A stretch of 64,000 nt of DNA from Squalus acanthias. Its lineage: Eukaryota. The stretch is from NCBI GenBank assembly GCA_030390025.1, contig CM059438.1:60762001-60826000 (forward strand). The letters run 5' to 3'. Positions 50,480 to 64,000 of the stretch are shown here, piece after piece (within the stretch, counting starts at the first letter, position 1; each line of letters opens with the position of its first letter). Under the pieces are notes generated by a model that saw nothing but the letters and a program-made list of their open reading frames with translations, searched no databases and was not told the origin of the DNA. The position numbers were made by a program, and so were the translations under genes.

Positions 50480-53400
50480 CCTGGCCACTCCCGATCTGTC
50501 ATCTTTTCAAGCCCTGCAACCCCCACCCCTGTACTCTCCACTCCTCTGACCTCTTGTGCTTCACCCCACCGTTGGCAGCCGTGCTTTCGGCCACCTGGTC
50601 CCTCTTAAATTTTCTCGCTACTCTGCTCTGCCTCTCTTCTTTTTTAAGCTCCCCTCTTTGACCAAGCTTTTGGTCACGCCCTCCTAATAACTCCCAAATC
50701 CGTGCACATCTTTCTTGCAACTCCATGTTTGAACCTCTCCAATTGTGTTTCTGGCCCTGCCACGCACTGAAACAGCCCTAATCAAAGTCACGAATGACAT
50801 CCTTTGGCTCCTGAGATCTGTCCTTGGTTCCCTCCTATTTCTCATCTAAATGCTGCCCCTCAGCGACATCATCCACAGACATGACTTCTGGTTCTACTTG
50901 TATACTGACAACACCCAGCACTACCTCACCACCGCTCTCGACCCCTCCGCTGCCTCTGTGTCGTCAAACTGCTTATCCAACATCCTGTCCTCACTGAGCT
51001 GCAATTTCCTCCAATTAAACATTGGGAAGATAAGCCATTGTTTTGACCCCCGCCACAAACTCTGTTCCCGAGCCACTGATTTCATCCCCTTCCCTGGCCA
51101 CTGTCTCAGGCTCAACCAGACTGTTTGCCACCTCGACGTCCTAGTTGATCCTGATCCAAGGAGAGGGCATATAAATTGGCCAGAAAAAGCGGTAGCCCTG
51201 AGGATTGGGAGCAGTTTAGGATTCAACAAAGGAGGACAAAGGGATTAATTAAGAAGGGGAAAATAGAATATGAAAGTAAGCTTGCTGACAACATAAAAAC
51301 TGACTGTAAGAGCTTTTATAGATATGTGAAGAGAAAAAGATTAGTGAAATCAAGTGTAGGTCCCTTGCAGTCAGAAGCGGGGGAAGTTATAATGGGGAAC
51401 AAAGAAATGGCAGCCCAATTAAATGCATATTTTGGTTCTGTCTTCACAAAGGAGGACACAAATAAGCTCCCAGAGATGTTGGAGAACATACGGTCTGATG
51501 AAAGGGAGGAACTGAAAGAAATCAGTATTTGCAGGGAAATGGTGTTAGGGAAATTGACGGTATTGAAGGCCGATAAATCCCCAGGGCCTGATAATCTACA
51601 TCCTAGGGTACTTAAGGAAGTGGCCCTAGAAATAGTAGATGCATTGCTGATCATCTTCCAACATTCGATGGAATCTGGAACTGTACCCATGGATTGGAGA
51701 GTAGCTAATGTTACCCCACTATTCAAAAAGGGTGGTAGAGAGAAAGCGGGGAATTACAGACCGGTAAGCCTGACATCGGTAGTGGGGAAAATGCTAGAGT
51801 CCATTATAAAGGATGTAATAGCTGAGCATTTGAAAAACAGTGACCGGATCGGACAAAGTCAACATGGATTTACAAAAGGTAAATCGTGCTTGACTAATCT
51901 ACTGGAATTTTTTGAGGATGTAACTGGGAAAATAGATAAGGGAGAACCAGTAGATGTGGTGTATTTGGACTTTCAAAAGGCTTTCGATAAGGTCCCGCAT
52001 AAGAGATTAGCGGGTAAAGTTAAGGCACATGGGATTGGGGGCAAGGTATTGACTTGGATAGAGAACTGGTTGGCGGACAGAAAGCAGAGAGTAGGAATTA
52101 ATGGGTCTTTTTCCGAGTGGCAAGCAGTGACTAGTGGGGTACCGCAGGGATCGGTCCTTGGACCCCAGCTATTCACAATATACATTAATGATCTAGATAA
52201 GGGAATTAAATGTAATATCTCCAAGTTTGCAGATGACACAAAGCTGGGTGGGAGTGTGTGCTGCGAGGAGGATACCGAGAAACTCCAGGATGATCTGGAC
52301 AGGTTGGGTGAGTGGGCAGAAGCGTGGCAGATGCAATATAACGTGGATAAGTGCGAGGTTATCCACTTTGGTGTCAAAAACAGAAAGGCAGACTATTATC
52401 TGAATGGCAATAGATTGGGAGAAGGGGAAGTGCAACGAGACCTGGGTGTCCTTGTGCACCAGTCGCTGAAAGTAAGCATGCAGGTGCAGCAGGCGGTGAA
52501 GAAGGCAAATGGTATGTTGGCCTTCATAGCGAAAGGGTTTGAGTATAGGAGCAGGGTTGTCCTGCTGCAGTTGTACAGGGCCTTGGTGAGACCACACCTT
52601 GAGTACTGTGTGCAGTTTTGGTCGCCTTATCTGAGGAAGGATGTTCTTGCCATGGAAGGAGTTCAGCGAAGATTCACAAGGCTGATACCTGGGATGGCAG
52701 GAATGACATATGAGGAGAGATTGGGTCGATTGGGCTTATACTCACTGGAGTATAGAAGAATGAGAGGGGATCTCATCGAAACATATAAAATTCTGACCGG
52801 TCTGGACAAACTAGATGCAGGAAGAATGTTCCCGATGGTCGGAGAGTCCAGAACCAGGGGTCATAATCTACGGGTAAACCATTTAGGACAGAAATGAGGA
52901 AGAATTTCTTCACCCAGAGAGTGGTGAACCTGTGGAATTCTCTACCACAGAAGGTAGTTGAGGCGAAGTCATTAAATATATTCAAGGATGAGTTAGATAT
53001 ATTTCTTAAAGCTAAAGGTATCAAGGGATATGGGGAGAAGGCAGGTACAGGGTACTGAGTTTAGATGATCAGCCATGATCTCATTGAATGGTGGAGCAGG
53101 CTCGAGGGGCCGAATGGCCTACTCCTGCTCCTATCTTCTATGTTTCTATGAGCTCAGCTCCTGATCTCATCCTCTCCATCACAAAAACAGCCGCCTTCCA
53201 CCTCTGTAATATCACTTGTCTCCGCTCCTGCATCAGCCCACCTGCTTCTGAAACCGTCATCCATGCTTTTGTTACCTCTAGATTTGACTATTCCAGTGGT
53301 CTCTTGGCTGGCCTCCCATCTTCCACCCTCTGCCGTAAACTTGCGCTCATCCAAAACTCTGCTGCCATTATCCTAATTCGCACTAGAGACCTGTTCACCT

Positions 53401-53765
53401 CTCACCCCTGTGCTCACGGCCCTATATTGGTTCCCGGTCTGGCAATGCCTTGCTTTTAAAATTCTCATCCTTCTGTTCAAATCCCTCCATGGCCTCGCCC
53501 CTCCTCTTTGTATCCAGTCCACAACCCTCAAAGAATTCTACATTCCTCCAACTCTGGACTCTTGTGCAGCCCCCACCCCCACCATTGGTGTCTGTGCCTT
53601 CCAGCTGTCTAGGCTCTAAATGCTGAAATTCCTTCCCTAAACTTCTCTCCATCTTTTCTCTCCCTTTTGACCAAGCTTTTGGTCACCTGTCCTAATAACT
53701 TTTTCTTTGGCTCTGTTGACTTTTGTCTCATTACGCTATGTTAACTGTGCTATATAAATGCAAGT
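50480..53765 (+). mobile_element. Decayed L2 fragments, interrupted by a CR1
   Basis: YTDNTQ, LQLNIGK and FVTSRFDYS motifs; L2 tail at ~53750. Confidence 0.8.
51156..53149 (+). mobile_element. Young 5'-truncated CR1 (HER1-like) with 573-aa open RT region (51176-52897)
   Basis: [21 protein letters not shown] and FADDTK uninterrupted; tail CTATCTTCTATGTTTCTATG. Confidence 0.95.
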
Positions 53766-54335
53766 GTGCACAGGAATCCCTGCCGCACCTAGAAATCCTG
53801 AGGGGTGCAGTCGTTCTCTTAATTTTAAACACTTGAATTGAATCTCCCTGAAGCCGGCCTTTGTGTCATTTAGCCTATTGCAAAAGCAAGTAGAGCACTA
53901 GAATGTATAGTGAGGTCAAACCGTATGAAACTTAAAGAAATATAGCGTCTTTGTACAAGGCTTCATCTGGAATACTATTTTGGTCCCCTCAAAAGACCCA
54001 GTTCTCTAAGCTTTTCGTGATAATGAAGAGGTTTTAAAATTGGTGTTACTTTTTCAGGGGGGTCTATATTACGCACCATTTGAGGGGACCAAAACAGTAT
54101 TCCACATGAAGTCTTGTACAAAGACACTATATTTCTTTTAGTTTCATGCTGAATGTTCTCACTATACTTTCCAGTGCTTACTTGCTTTTGCAATAGGCTA
54201 AATGACACAAACACACAAGTAAACGTATGACTGTAACTCCATTGTGGTGTTGTGGTCCTGGAGATAGTTTAGCGATTAAGTGTCTATCTCTACAGATGCA
54301 GCGTGTGACTATTTGTATCTGAAGAGACATGCAAC

Positions 54336-54466
54336 CAATGTTTGCGCTCAATTTTTTTCCGTGTGCAGTCTCTTTAAATTTGCTGCACGGCCATGCGTGT
54401 GCGGTATCTTTCAGCCGCAGGAGCTGGTGAGTGGCCTGCGCGATCGCGCACCTTAGGGGAACATTG
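54336..54466. mobile_element. hAT-type MITE
   Basis: TIRs CAATGTT.. / ..GGGGAACATTG; perfect 8-bp TSD CATGCAAC. Confidence 0.82.
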
Positions 54467-55934
54467 CATGCAACCTGTCGCAAGGCTACAAAGATTTACA
54501 ATAGCAAAATACTGCGGATGTTGGAAATCTGAAATAACAACAGAAAATGTTTACACCTGCCTAGTTACGCTGCAAAAGTTTAGACATTTTCTCTAGTAGA
54601 GGGATATTAGAACATGGGGTACTTCGTCATACGTGGCTGTTGAGACACAGCTTGTAAAAGTAAAAGGAAATTTCCATGTATTTGAAAAGAGAATATAAAA
54701 CATTACAGGAAAAGACAGGGCAATGGGATGAAAGCAAGCTGCTCGACCTGAAGAACTACACTGCGTAGGTACAATGGGCGGGAGAGCTGTGACTTTGTGA
54801 AATACTTTTAGTTTTGGGTTTGGAGTCCTATGTAGTCCATCCTTGTTTCTGTGGAGTGACCATTTTTTTCAGGCCAGTGCAGGTGGGGTCCCAGCAGAAC
54901 AGCTTCAACCACTTCTGTCCCTACCCGCCCCCGCCCCTGCCCCTCCCGGAAGGAGGGCACCACTAATTATTACGGGATGACCTGACGAAATGGGGGGGGG
55001 AAAAGCCGTCAGTAGGAAAACATGGTTTTGTTCAGTGTCTTAGTCCTGAAATGAATTATCTGCTTGTACTGTAGAGCAGTTACAATGCTTCATCAGGGTT
55101 CAGATACCCCTGGAAAGGAGGGTTTAAAATCTCAGAGCTGTAATAGAATTGATTGTGATTAAAACTTTTTATATATATTTTAAACACACAAGTTAAAATG
55201 TGGCCAGTGTAAAGAGGAAGTGGAACTAAAAAGGGAGAACCAACAGTAACTGGAAACCTCACTGGAGGGACAGTAAATGAAGCCTACATTTTATACCTGG
55301 AATTATCCCCTACCAGCCCACCCCCCTCCAAACAATCTGCCCAGAGTTTGCTTTTTTGCAAACTATCAGCAGAGACACCTCCCTCAAATGTGTTCAAGAA
55401 AGTGCTTTTCCAGATTCCCATAATAGTCAGGGCCAGCAAGAATGTTGCCACTTTCATAAGCATTAAGCGAACAGAAGTAGAGGAAGTGGAGGTGGGGGGG
55501 GTAATGCTTACTACAGCTCAAGTATTTCAACACCGATCCACCCAAAGAAAAAGTTTTAATCGCAGTCAATTCTGTTGGAGCCCTGAGATTTTAAAACCTC
55601 CTTTCCGGGGACATCTGAATATCCTTGATCCAGAAGAAAAACTGGTACATCTCTTGGGATGGTGGTCTGTACCAGTGTTTCAGTGCTCACCTTGGGCTGG
55701 CATCCCAGCCTCCAGTGATCTGTATAGTAATGTCCCCAAATTGTTAAGTCAGACAAATTGCTCAGCTGTTTTTAGGTGGTTATTTTGTTTAATATTCACT
55801 TGTACTTCTTCCACCACCCCTCCCTTGGAAAAGGGTGAAGAAAGGTCAGATGGGATTGAAGAGGAAATCAACCTATTGGGTGGTACAAACTACTCAGTGG
55901 GATTGGGTTTCAGGACCATTAAATAATAGGATAG

Positions 55935-56205
55935 AAAGAACTTGCATTTCTATAGCGCCTTTCACGACCTCAGGGTGGCTCAAAGCACTTACAGCCAATG
56001 AAATACTTTTGAAGTGTCGTCACTGTTGTAATGTAGGAAATGTGGCAGCCAATTAGCGCACAGCAAGGTCCCACAAGCAGAAATGTGATAATGACCAGAT
56101 AATCTGGGTTTTTTCGTGATATTGGTTGAATTGCCCAGGCCACTGGGGAGAACTCTCCCGCTCTGCTTCAAAATAGTGCTATGGGATAGTTTACGTCCAC
56201 CTGAG
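55935..56205 (-). mobile_element. SacSINE1-like SINE, 3' half
   Basis: Reverse complement of the SINE core and tail. Confidence 0.75.
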
Positions 56206-56719
56206 CAGGACCAGGTTCGTTGGTGTTTCTGTGGGCAGGCTTGGTTGCTGGATTTAAAGAGCATTGTTCTATTGCAATACAACCGCTGGACAAGGGTATG
56301 GCTGTTGCTTCCTCCCATTGGCTGGATAAACATTTTTAATAGATGTGTAGCCAGGCACCCATACTGCACCATGCACCACAACCCAGTAGAAGTGCACAGA
56401 TTCTTGCATTGTTTTGGTTATGTCCCGAACAGGCACTGGGCTGCCCCGGGAAATGAGGCAAAAAAAGGGAAAACAAATGGAAACCAAAAAGGTATTTTCG
56501 AAACTGCATTGGCATATGTGCACTTGTCCACACAGCAAAACAGAAGGACATTGAACCTGGTTTAATAGTTGGTGCAGGTTAGTAATTTACTCCAAACTGA
56601 GACCTCTGCTGAAAGGCAGAGTTGGGTACTGTGCTTGTTGTTTCTTTTTTAACCCCTTTGTCTCCAACACTGTACAATATGTCCAGCTGAACAGGCAGAC
56701 ACTCTTCTCCCATGAGTGA

Positions 56720-57300
56720 TGTTAGTCTTACTGCAATTATATAGGGCCTTGATGAGACCTCACCTGGAGTTTTGGTCTCCTTACTTAAGGAAGGATATAC
56801 TTGCCTTAGAGGGGTGCAACAAAAGTTCACTAGACTAATTCCTGGGATGGGGCGATTGTCCTGTGAGGAGAGATTGACGAGACTAGGCCTATATTTCCTA
56901 GAAGTTAGAAGAATGAGAGGTGATCTCATTGAAACATGAATTCTTATAGGGTTTGACAGGATAGATGCTCGGAGGTTGTTTCCCCTAGCTGGGGAGTCTA
57001 GCACTAGGGGTCACAGTCTCAGAATAAAGGGTTGGCCATTTAGGACTGAGATGAGAAGTTTCTTCACTCAAAGGGATGTGAATCTTTGGAATTCTCTACC
57101 GAGGAGTGCTGTGGCTGCTCAGTCGTAGTAGAGTCTATTCAAGATAGAGATCGATAGATTTTTGGATGTTAAGGGAATCGAGGGATATGGGAATATTGTG
57201 GCAAGGTGGAGTTGAGGTAGATCATCAGCCACGATCTTATTCAATGACAGAGCAGGCTCAAAGGGCTGAATGGCCTATTCCTCCTATTGTGTTCTTATGT
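56720..57300 (+). mobile_element. CR1 3' fragment
   Basis: CR1 ORF2 C-terminal sequence and GTTCTTATG tail. Confidence 0.85.
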
Positions 57301-57829
57301 GATCTCCAGACAGCCCTCTGCCACTGTCACATTTAGAGCACATCCTCTGTACCAAAGCCTAAAGGAAGAGCTGCAGAATTCTAGACTCAACTTTAGCTTT
57401 CATTTTCTATTAAGCTGAGAAAACATCTCCTGAGTCATGGTCCTGTTTTGCGCAGTGACTTTTTTTTCCCTCAAGATTAACACCCAGAGTTCTAATTACC
57501 ACCCAGAAATGTATGTTATAATTTTGATATGCAGCCAGAGATCTAGACCAGTGCTTATCTTTACATTGCTCTGGTCTTAAACCCGGCCACATGACGGTTT
57601 GCAATTTAAAACTAAATCCCTTCAATCAGCAAGGTGGAAATAAAAGCCTGTTTGATTAAAATAATTGTTGTGATATGGGAATGTCATTGCGCACTCCGAA
57701 TATTCCCATGATGTTGAGACCCTGTATACTCCAAATATATCTTTGCAGGGGAAGTTGATAGAGCTGTGATAAACACATCTTTAGCAACTTTCCAGTAACA
57801 AATGCCCCCAGCAGTTTACAGGGAATTGG

Positions 57830-58680
57830 AGCATGCTGAGCAGGAAGTGGGAGTGAAGTTGTGGGAGTTAATCAAAGGCATGGTTGAAGAGAGAGGTTTG
57901 AGGAGGCTTTTGAAGGTGATTGAGAGATGACCAGAAGGAGGGGTTAGGAAGAGATTTCCAGAATTTAGGAGCATGATGGCAAAAGTCCAGAACCCAAAAG
58001 AGCGGAGAGGGTGTGCAAGGTGTAGGGCTGAGGGAGACTGCAGAGTTAGGATCTGGAGCCAGTCCATGGAAGAATATGAAAACGCGGGTGAGTATTTTAA
58101 ATTGATTCATTTGACAGATGGGGAGCCAGTGGAGTTTGCGAAGACTCTGGTGATGAGTATGTGTGTGTGTTGGTGCAGGATAGGGTAACAGCGTTATGGA
58201 TGAGTTGGTGTTTGTCAGGTGGCGCTTAGGAGCTGAAGTGACCATTGGAGAAATTAAACCTTGTGGTGTCAGTAGGGGTGAGATAGGGATAAATTTTGCT
58301 ATATTGCGGAGGTGGAAGTAGGTGATCTTGATGACGGATTGAATGTTTGGTTTGAGACTCTGCTCAGAGTTGAACAGGGCACTGACGTTCTGTTGCACAC
58401 CATTGGTTTCAGCCTCAGTAAGAAGCCTCACACAGGGATGAATCTGAGGCTTAATGTTTCTGGTGGGAGCTGAACAGGGTGGCTTAAGTCTTGCCGATGT
58501 TGAGCTGCAGAAAGCTCTGAGTTAGATATCTGGGACAATATCCAGCAGGCAGTCACGCAACACGGCACTCTGAGAATCGAGGGTGATGCCAAAGTGGAAA
58601 CTTGTGAGTCATTGGCATCTGGAATCTGAGCCATGTTTGCTTTTAATGTTGCTGAAGGGCACTGTGTGGATGAACGAAAG
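57830..58680 (-). mobile_element. Old L2 fragment
   Basis: YFHLRNIAK and LHWLPI..FKIL motifs in minus ORFs. Confidence 0.65.
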
Positions 58681-60205
58681 CAAGGGTGGAACCTTGGGCT
58701 AACGGTGTGGGGAGGGAAGGTACTGCAAGAAGGAAATAAATGTACTTGCAGGCTACAATGGAGTTGGCTTTTCCTTCTGGATTCTCTAAACTTTCCAGTA
58801 TCCTGTTGCTTAATTCCAAGTTGTTGAGCAATTTTGATTTGCTGCCCTTTCCTTTACCATTTTGAATTAACATTTTCTCTGATTGGCTATACTTGCATTA
58901 GCAGACTCCAGGTAGGAAAGAGCATAACATAAGAATGAATAAGATAATGGCTGATCTACTTCAACTCTACCTTCCTGCATTATCCCCATATCTCTTGATT
59001 CCCTCAGTATCCAAAAATCTATTGATCTCAGTCTTGAATGCACTCAACGACTGAGCATCCACAGCCCTCTGGGGTAGATAATTCCACAGATTCACAACCC
59101 TCTGAGTGAAGACATTTCTTCTCCTCTTGGTCTGAAATGGCCGACCCCTTATTGAGACTATGATCTCAAGTTCTAGACTCCCTAGCCAGGGGAAACATCC
59201 TCCCTGCATCTACCCTGTCAAGCCCCGAAACGTTTCTTTTTTTTATATGCCTGGGCACACCAAGTGGTCGGTAGATCATAGAATCATAGAAAACAGAGAA
59301 GTTAGTCAAAGGGCCTTTAACACAATGCCCCCTTATGGTCTTAAAGGAGCTGTTTGACATAAAAGGAAAAGTCTCTCTCCCTCCTATGCACTTGTCAGCT
59401 ATACAGTAATTATATGCTCATCCTCCTCTTCCTTTGGTGCCGGTTTGCTGACTGATCTAGGGTCAAGTTCGGGTCTTTCAAATGATGTTTGCATACATCA
59501 GATCTTTTTCATCAGAGCAGCTTTAGAGATGCTACTCACTCAACTGTAAGTGTTTATGCATGTGTTTGGCGATAGAAGCTGGAGGCCTGCCAATTTTGTG
59601 CAAGTGTGTTCTGTACTGGAGGCTGTTGTCATCTCTGGAATCTTGTTTGACTTGAGTCCACACTCTGGATTTGAAGTTCAGAAGCTGCAAGAAATGTGGC
59701 GTTGAGGAGGGGGGGAAAAAAAGGAGGCTTCACTGTCGAAACAGGGAAATTCCAGTACTTGCCACATCAGGATTGTGTTGAGCAAGTTTTCTCTATCATG
59801 TTAGACACTCTGTTTTGGAAACTCTTATCGATCTAGCAGTGTTCCTGTATTTCTTGTTTCGGGTTACCGTATCCAGCCTTTTGTCAGTGCCAATTGGGCA
59901 GGTTTTTATTTATTAATTCTGGGGATGTGCGTGTCGCTGGCAAGATCGGCCATCTCTAGTTGCCCTTGAGAAGGAGGTGGTGGTGGGCTGCCGCCTTGAA
60001 CTTCTGCAGTCCGCATTGTGAAGGTGCTCCCACAGTGCTGTTGGGTAAGGGGTTCCAGGATTTTGACCCAGTGACGATGATGCAACTTGGATATATGTTA
60101 CTCTTTTTTACTTGAATGGGAACTTAGCGATGATGTTCCCATGCACCTGCTGCCCTTGTCCTTCTAGGTGGTGGAATTCGCGGGATAGTGCACACTGCAG
60201 CCATG

Positions 60206-63200
60206 GTCGTCGTCTTCTCTTAGGCAGTCCCTTGGAACCGAGGATGACTTGCTGCCACACTAAAAATGAGTTCTCAGGTGACTGATGAGTCCAATGCGGG
60301 ACCTACAGTCTCTGTCACAGGTGGGGCAGATGATGGTTGAAGGGGCGGGTTGGTGGGGTGCTTGGGTTGACATGCGCTCCTTCCGCTATTTGTGCTTGGC
60401 TTCCGCTTGCTTCCGACGAAGAGACTCTAGGTGTTCGGCGCCTTCCCGGATGCTTCTCCTCCACTTTGTGCGGTTTTGGGCCAGGGATTCCCAGGTGTCG
60501 GTGGGGATGTTGCACTTTTTCAAGGAGGCTTTGAGGGTGTCCTTGAAGCGTTTCCTCTGCCCACTTGGGGCTCTCTTGCCGTGTCGGAGCTCCGAGTTTT
60601 GGGAGTCTCGTATTGGGCATGCGGACGATGTGACCCGTCCATCGGAGCTGATCGAGCGTGGTCAAAGCTTCGATGTTGGCCTGAGCGCGAACACTGACGT
60701 TGGTGCGCCTATCCTGCCAATGGATTTGCAGGATCTTGCGGAGGCAGCATTGGTGGTACCTCTCCAGTGCTTTGAGGTGCCTGCTGTACATGGTCCATGT
60801 CTCTGAAGCATACAGGAGGGCGGGTATCACTATTGCTCTGTAGACCATGAGCTTGGTGCTGGGTTTGAGGTCCTGGTCTTCAAACACTCTCTTCCTCAGG
60901 CGACCGAAGGCTGCACTGGCACACTGAAGGCGGTGTTGGACTTCGTCGTTGACCGTAGGCTCCCGAGGTATGGAAAGTGGTCCATGTTGTTCAAGGCCTC
61001 GTCATGGATTTTGATAATCGGGAAGCAGTACTGTGTAGCGAGGGCAGGTTGGTAGAGGACCTTTGTCTTACAGATGTTTAGTATAAGGCCCATGCTCTCG
61101 TATGCTTCGGTGAAGGTGTTGACGATGGTTTGGAGTTCGACCTCGGGTGTGCGCAGACACAAGCATCGTCTGCATTCTGTAATTCGATGACAGAAGATGG
61201 GGTGACTTTGGACCTGGACTGGAGGCGATGGAGGTAACAGTTTCCTGTTTGTTCTGTAGATTAGCTCCACTCCAGCAGGGAGCTTACTGAAGATGAGATG
61301 GAACATTGCAGTCAAGAAGATCGAGAAGAGCGTTAGTGCGATGAGACAGCCTTGCTTGACCTCGGTCCGTACGTGAATTGGGTCTGTGGTGGATCCGTTG
61401 GTCAGGATCACGGCTTGCATGTCGTCGTGGAGGATGGTGACAAACTTTTGAGGGCAGCCGAATTTGAGGAGGACACTCCATAATTCCTCATGGTTGAAGG
61501 CCTTTGTGAGGTCAAAGAAGGCCATGTACAGCGGTTGGTGCTGTTCCCTGCATTTCTTTTGTAGTTGACGCTCGGTGAAGATCATGTCCATTCTGCCCCT
61601 TAGTGGGCAGAATCCACATTGCGACTCTGGGAGGAGCTCTTCAGCTACTGGGAGGAGGCGATTGAGGAGGATTCTTGCGATGACTTTCCCTGTGGCAGAC
61701 AGCAGGGTGATTTCTGTAATTACCGCAATTGGACTTGTCACCTTTCTTGAAGATAGTCATGGTTACGGCATCTCTGAGATCCCCTGACATGCTCTCCTCC
61801 TTCCAAATAAGAGAAATGAGTTCATGTATTCGCGCCAATAGTGCTTCTCTGCCATGTTTTAGCGCCTCGGCGGGGATTCCATCTGCTCCTTGTTCTTCAG
61901 TTGTCGGATGGCCTTTTCAACCTCATGCCGGGTTGGGGTTGTGCTGGCGGGTGGCATGCTGCGGGATGGAGTTGAGGACATTCGCGTCGAAGTCAGAGTC
62001 TCGGGTAAGGAGATCTTCGAAGTGCTCCTTCCAGCGGGCACTGACTGCCTCTGTCCTTGATGAGTACCTCTCCATTCTTGGTCCGCAGTGAGGTAGGACC
62101 TTGGGTGCTTGGGCCGTAGGTGGTGTTGACTGTGCTAAAGAATCCACGCACGTCGTGGTTGTCAGCTAGCGAATCCACGCACGTCGTGGTTGTCAGCTAG
62201 CTGCTGGATCTCCTGCGCTTTCTCCACCCACCAGCTGTTCTTTAGGTCCTGAGTTTTTGGACCTCGGCCTTGAGGCGTCTGTGGAGCTGCTTTCTTGCTC
62301 TCGAGTTCTGCTGTTTCCAGATCAGGAATGCCTTGTGCTTGTGGCTTATTAGCTCCTGGATCTCCTGGTCGTTCTCGTCGAACCAGTCTTGGTGTTTCCT
62401 GGTCGAGTGACCGAGCGTCTCTTCACAGGTGCTGATTATGGAGGCCTTGAGTGCAGACCAGGCGCTGTGGACACTGTCTCTGAATCACTGGGAGTCATCA
62501 GGTTGGTTGTGAGGCGCAGGCTGAATAGGGCTTTCTTAGCAGGGTCTTTGAGTGCTCCAGCGTTGATTTTCTTGCGGCATTGCTTCTGTTGCCGCCATTG
62601 TTTTGGGGCTATGTTGATGGAGATGACCGAGCGGATTAGGCGGTGGTCTGTCCAGCAGTCGTCGGCTCCTGTCGTGGCGCGGGTGTTGCGGACGTCCTTG
62701 CAGTCCCTCGCTCGGACGATGACGTAGTCCAGCAGATGCCAGTGCTTGGAACGAGGGTGTTGCCATGAAGCCTTGTACTTGTCTCTGATGGAACAAGGTG
62801 TTGGTTATGACAAGGCCATATTCTAAGCATTTCGTCAGGAGGAAGGTACTGTTGGAGTTGGCTTTCCCTATCCCCTCTCTGCCGATCACACCTCCCCAGA
62901 GCAGAGGTCTGTGTCCTTTCCAACTATGGCGTTGAATTCGCCAAGGTGGATCAGCTTGTTGCCTGTTGGGACTCGGGACAGGGATTGTTCGAGGTTGGAG
63001 TAGAATTCCCCTCTGGTCTCGTCTGTGGCTTCCAGTGTTGGGCGTACGCACTGATGACTGTAGTGCATTGGTTCCGGGCTAGGGTGAGCCCTAGAGTCAT
63101 GAGGCGTTCGTTTATTCCACAAGGGGAGTCTCAGACGTTCAACTAGCTCATTTTTTCTGGCGAAGCCTACCCCATGGAGGTGGCGTTCTTCAAGTTTGCC

Positions 63201-63530
63201 TTTCCAGAAGAAGGTGTAACCACCGCCTTGCTCCTTGAGCTGGCCTTCCCCTGCCCGCCGGGTCTCGCTTAGGGCGGCGATGTCTATGTCGAAACGTCTG
63301 AGCTCCCGGGCAACGATAGCAGTACGGCGTTGTTGGGGTTGTCCATGAGGGTCCTGATGTTCCAGATCCCGAACTTCATTTTAAAGGGTGGAAGATGCCT
63401 GTGCGTGAATTCTTTTAACGTGGGATGGCCGTTGCACACCAGCTACCACACGGGCTTGACCGAGCAAGGTCTTGGTCCAATGGCAAGGGGATCCAAGACA
63501 ATTTGAGACCAGGCTCTGCTACATCGGCCT
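60206..63530 (-). mobile_element. Near-full-length RTE (BovB-like) LINE, decayed, inserted in another LINE
   Basis: ORF start MKFGIWNIRTLMD at 63379; LGEFNA, PESQCGF, FFDLTKAF, TKLMVYRAIVIPALLYASETW; short (GAC)n tail at 60206. Confidence 0.92.
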
Positions 63531-64000
63531 AGCACACACTGTACGCTGGTGATGGAGGCAGTGGATGTTTAAGCTGGTGGATGGGGTGCCGATCAAGCAG
63601 ACTGCTTTGTTCTGGATGGTTTTGAGCTTCTTGTGTTGTTGGAGCTGCACTCATCCAGGCGAGTGTCGAGTATTCCATCACATTCCTGACTTGTCCCTTG
63701 TAGGTGGTGAAAAGTCTTTGGGGAGTTGGGAGGTGAGTCATTCACCACAGAATGCCCAGCCTCTGACCTGCTCTAGGTTGCTCGGATGTACGAGAAAATG
63801 CAGGCAAAGGGAATTGCCCTCTAGTTTATGTTCTTTTGTTTGCTGTATGAGTGGCTTCCACCCTGACAGCATAGGAACTTGAGATCCCAGAGTAAACCTG
63901 TGCTATGCCAGTCTCTGAACTGTCTTGGATCACTGGTGTGCTGTAACACCATTGAACGGCACTAATTGTTCACACCAGGGTAGGCTGTCTCCTAGGGAAA

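Noticed and set aside
55348..55926. 192-aa ORF as an FKBP15 exon
   Set aside because: Non-ATG start, no similarity to the expected exon 2 (ARLASLFG..), and it overlaps an inverted repeat.
63380..63530. HDV-like ribozyme in the RTE 5'UTR
   Set aside because: A hairpin (GTCTTGG..CCAAGAC) is present, but I could not build the nested double pseudoknot by eye; it needs a motif search.

Overview
Eukaryotic genomic DNA, most likely from a cartilaginous fish (shark). This is inferred from its repeats: HER1-like CR1 LINEs, an HE1-like V-SINE, DeuSINE/SacSINE1-like SINEs, L2 and RTE-BovB. Host genes are limited to two divergently oriented CpG-island promoters about 42 kb apart. One, at ~7.6-8.3 kb, drives an unidentified minus-strand gene with a candidate start-codon exon at 1775-1889. 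The other, at ~49.7-50.3 kb, drives FKBP15 (coding exon 1 at 49938-49993; the rest of the window appears to be intron 1). The space between and around them is deeply nested transposon sequence. It includes three complete Ty3/Gypsy LTR retrotransposons, all on the minus strand: an intact element with identical LTRs, a YLDN RT motif and an apparently self-complementary non-tRNA primer site; a Mag-like element; and a CsRn1-like element. It also includes a near-full-length CR1, Penelope fragments with hammerhead-ribozyme relics, hAT MITEs and a 1.7-kb minisatellite. The most unusual object is a 1.9-kb chimeric insertion (19653-21556): spliced SNRPD2 5' exons, then intron-like sequence, then a CR1 3' end. 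It suggests a host transcript retroposed through an embedded CR1 tail. All identities are from recalled motifs; no database searches were run.
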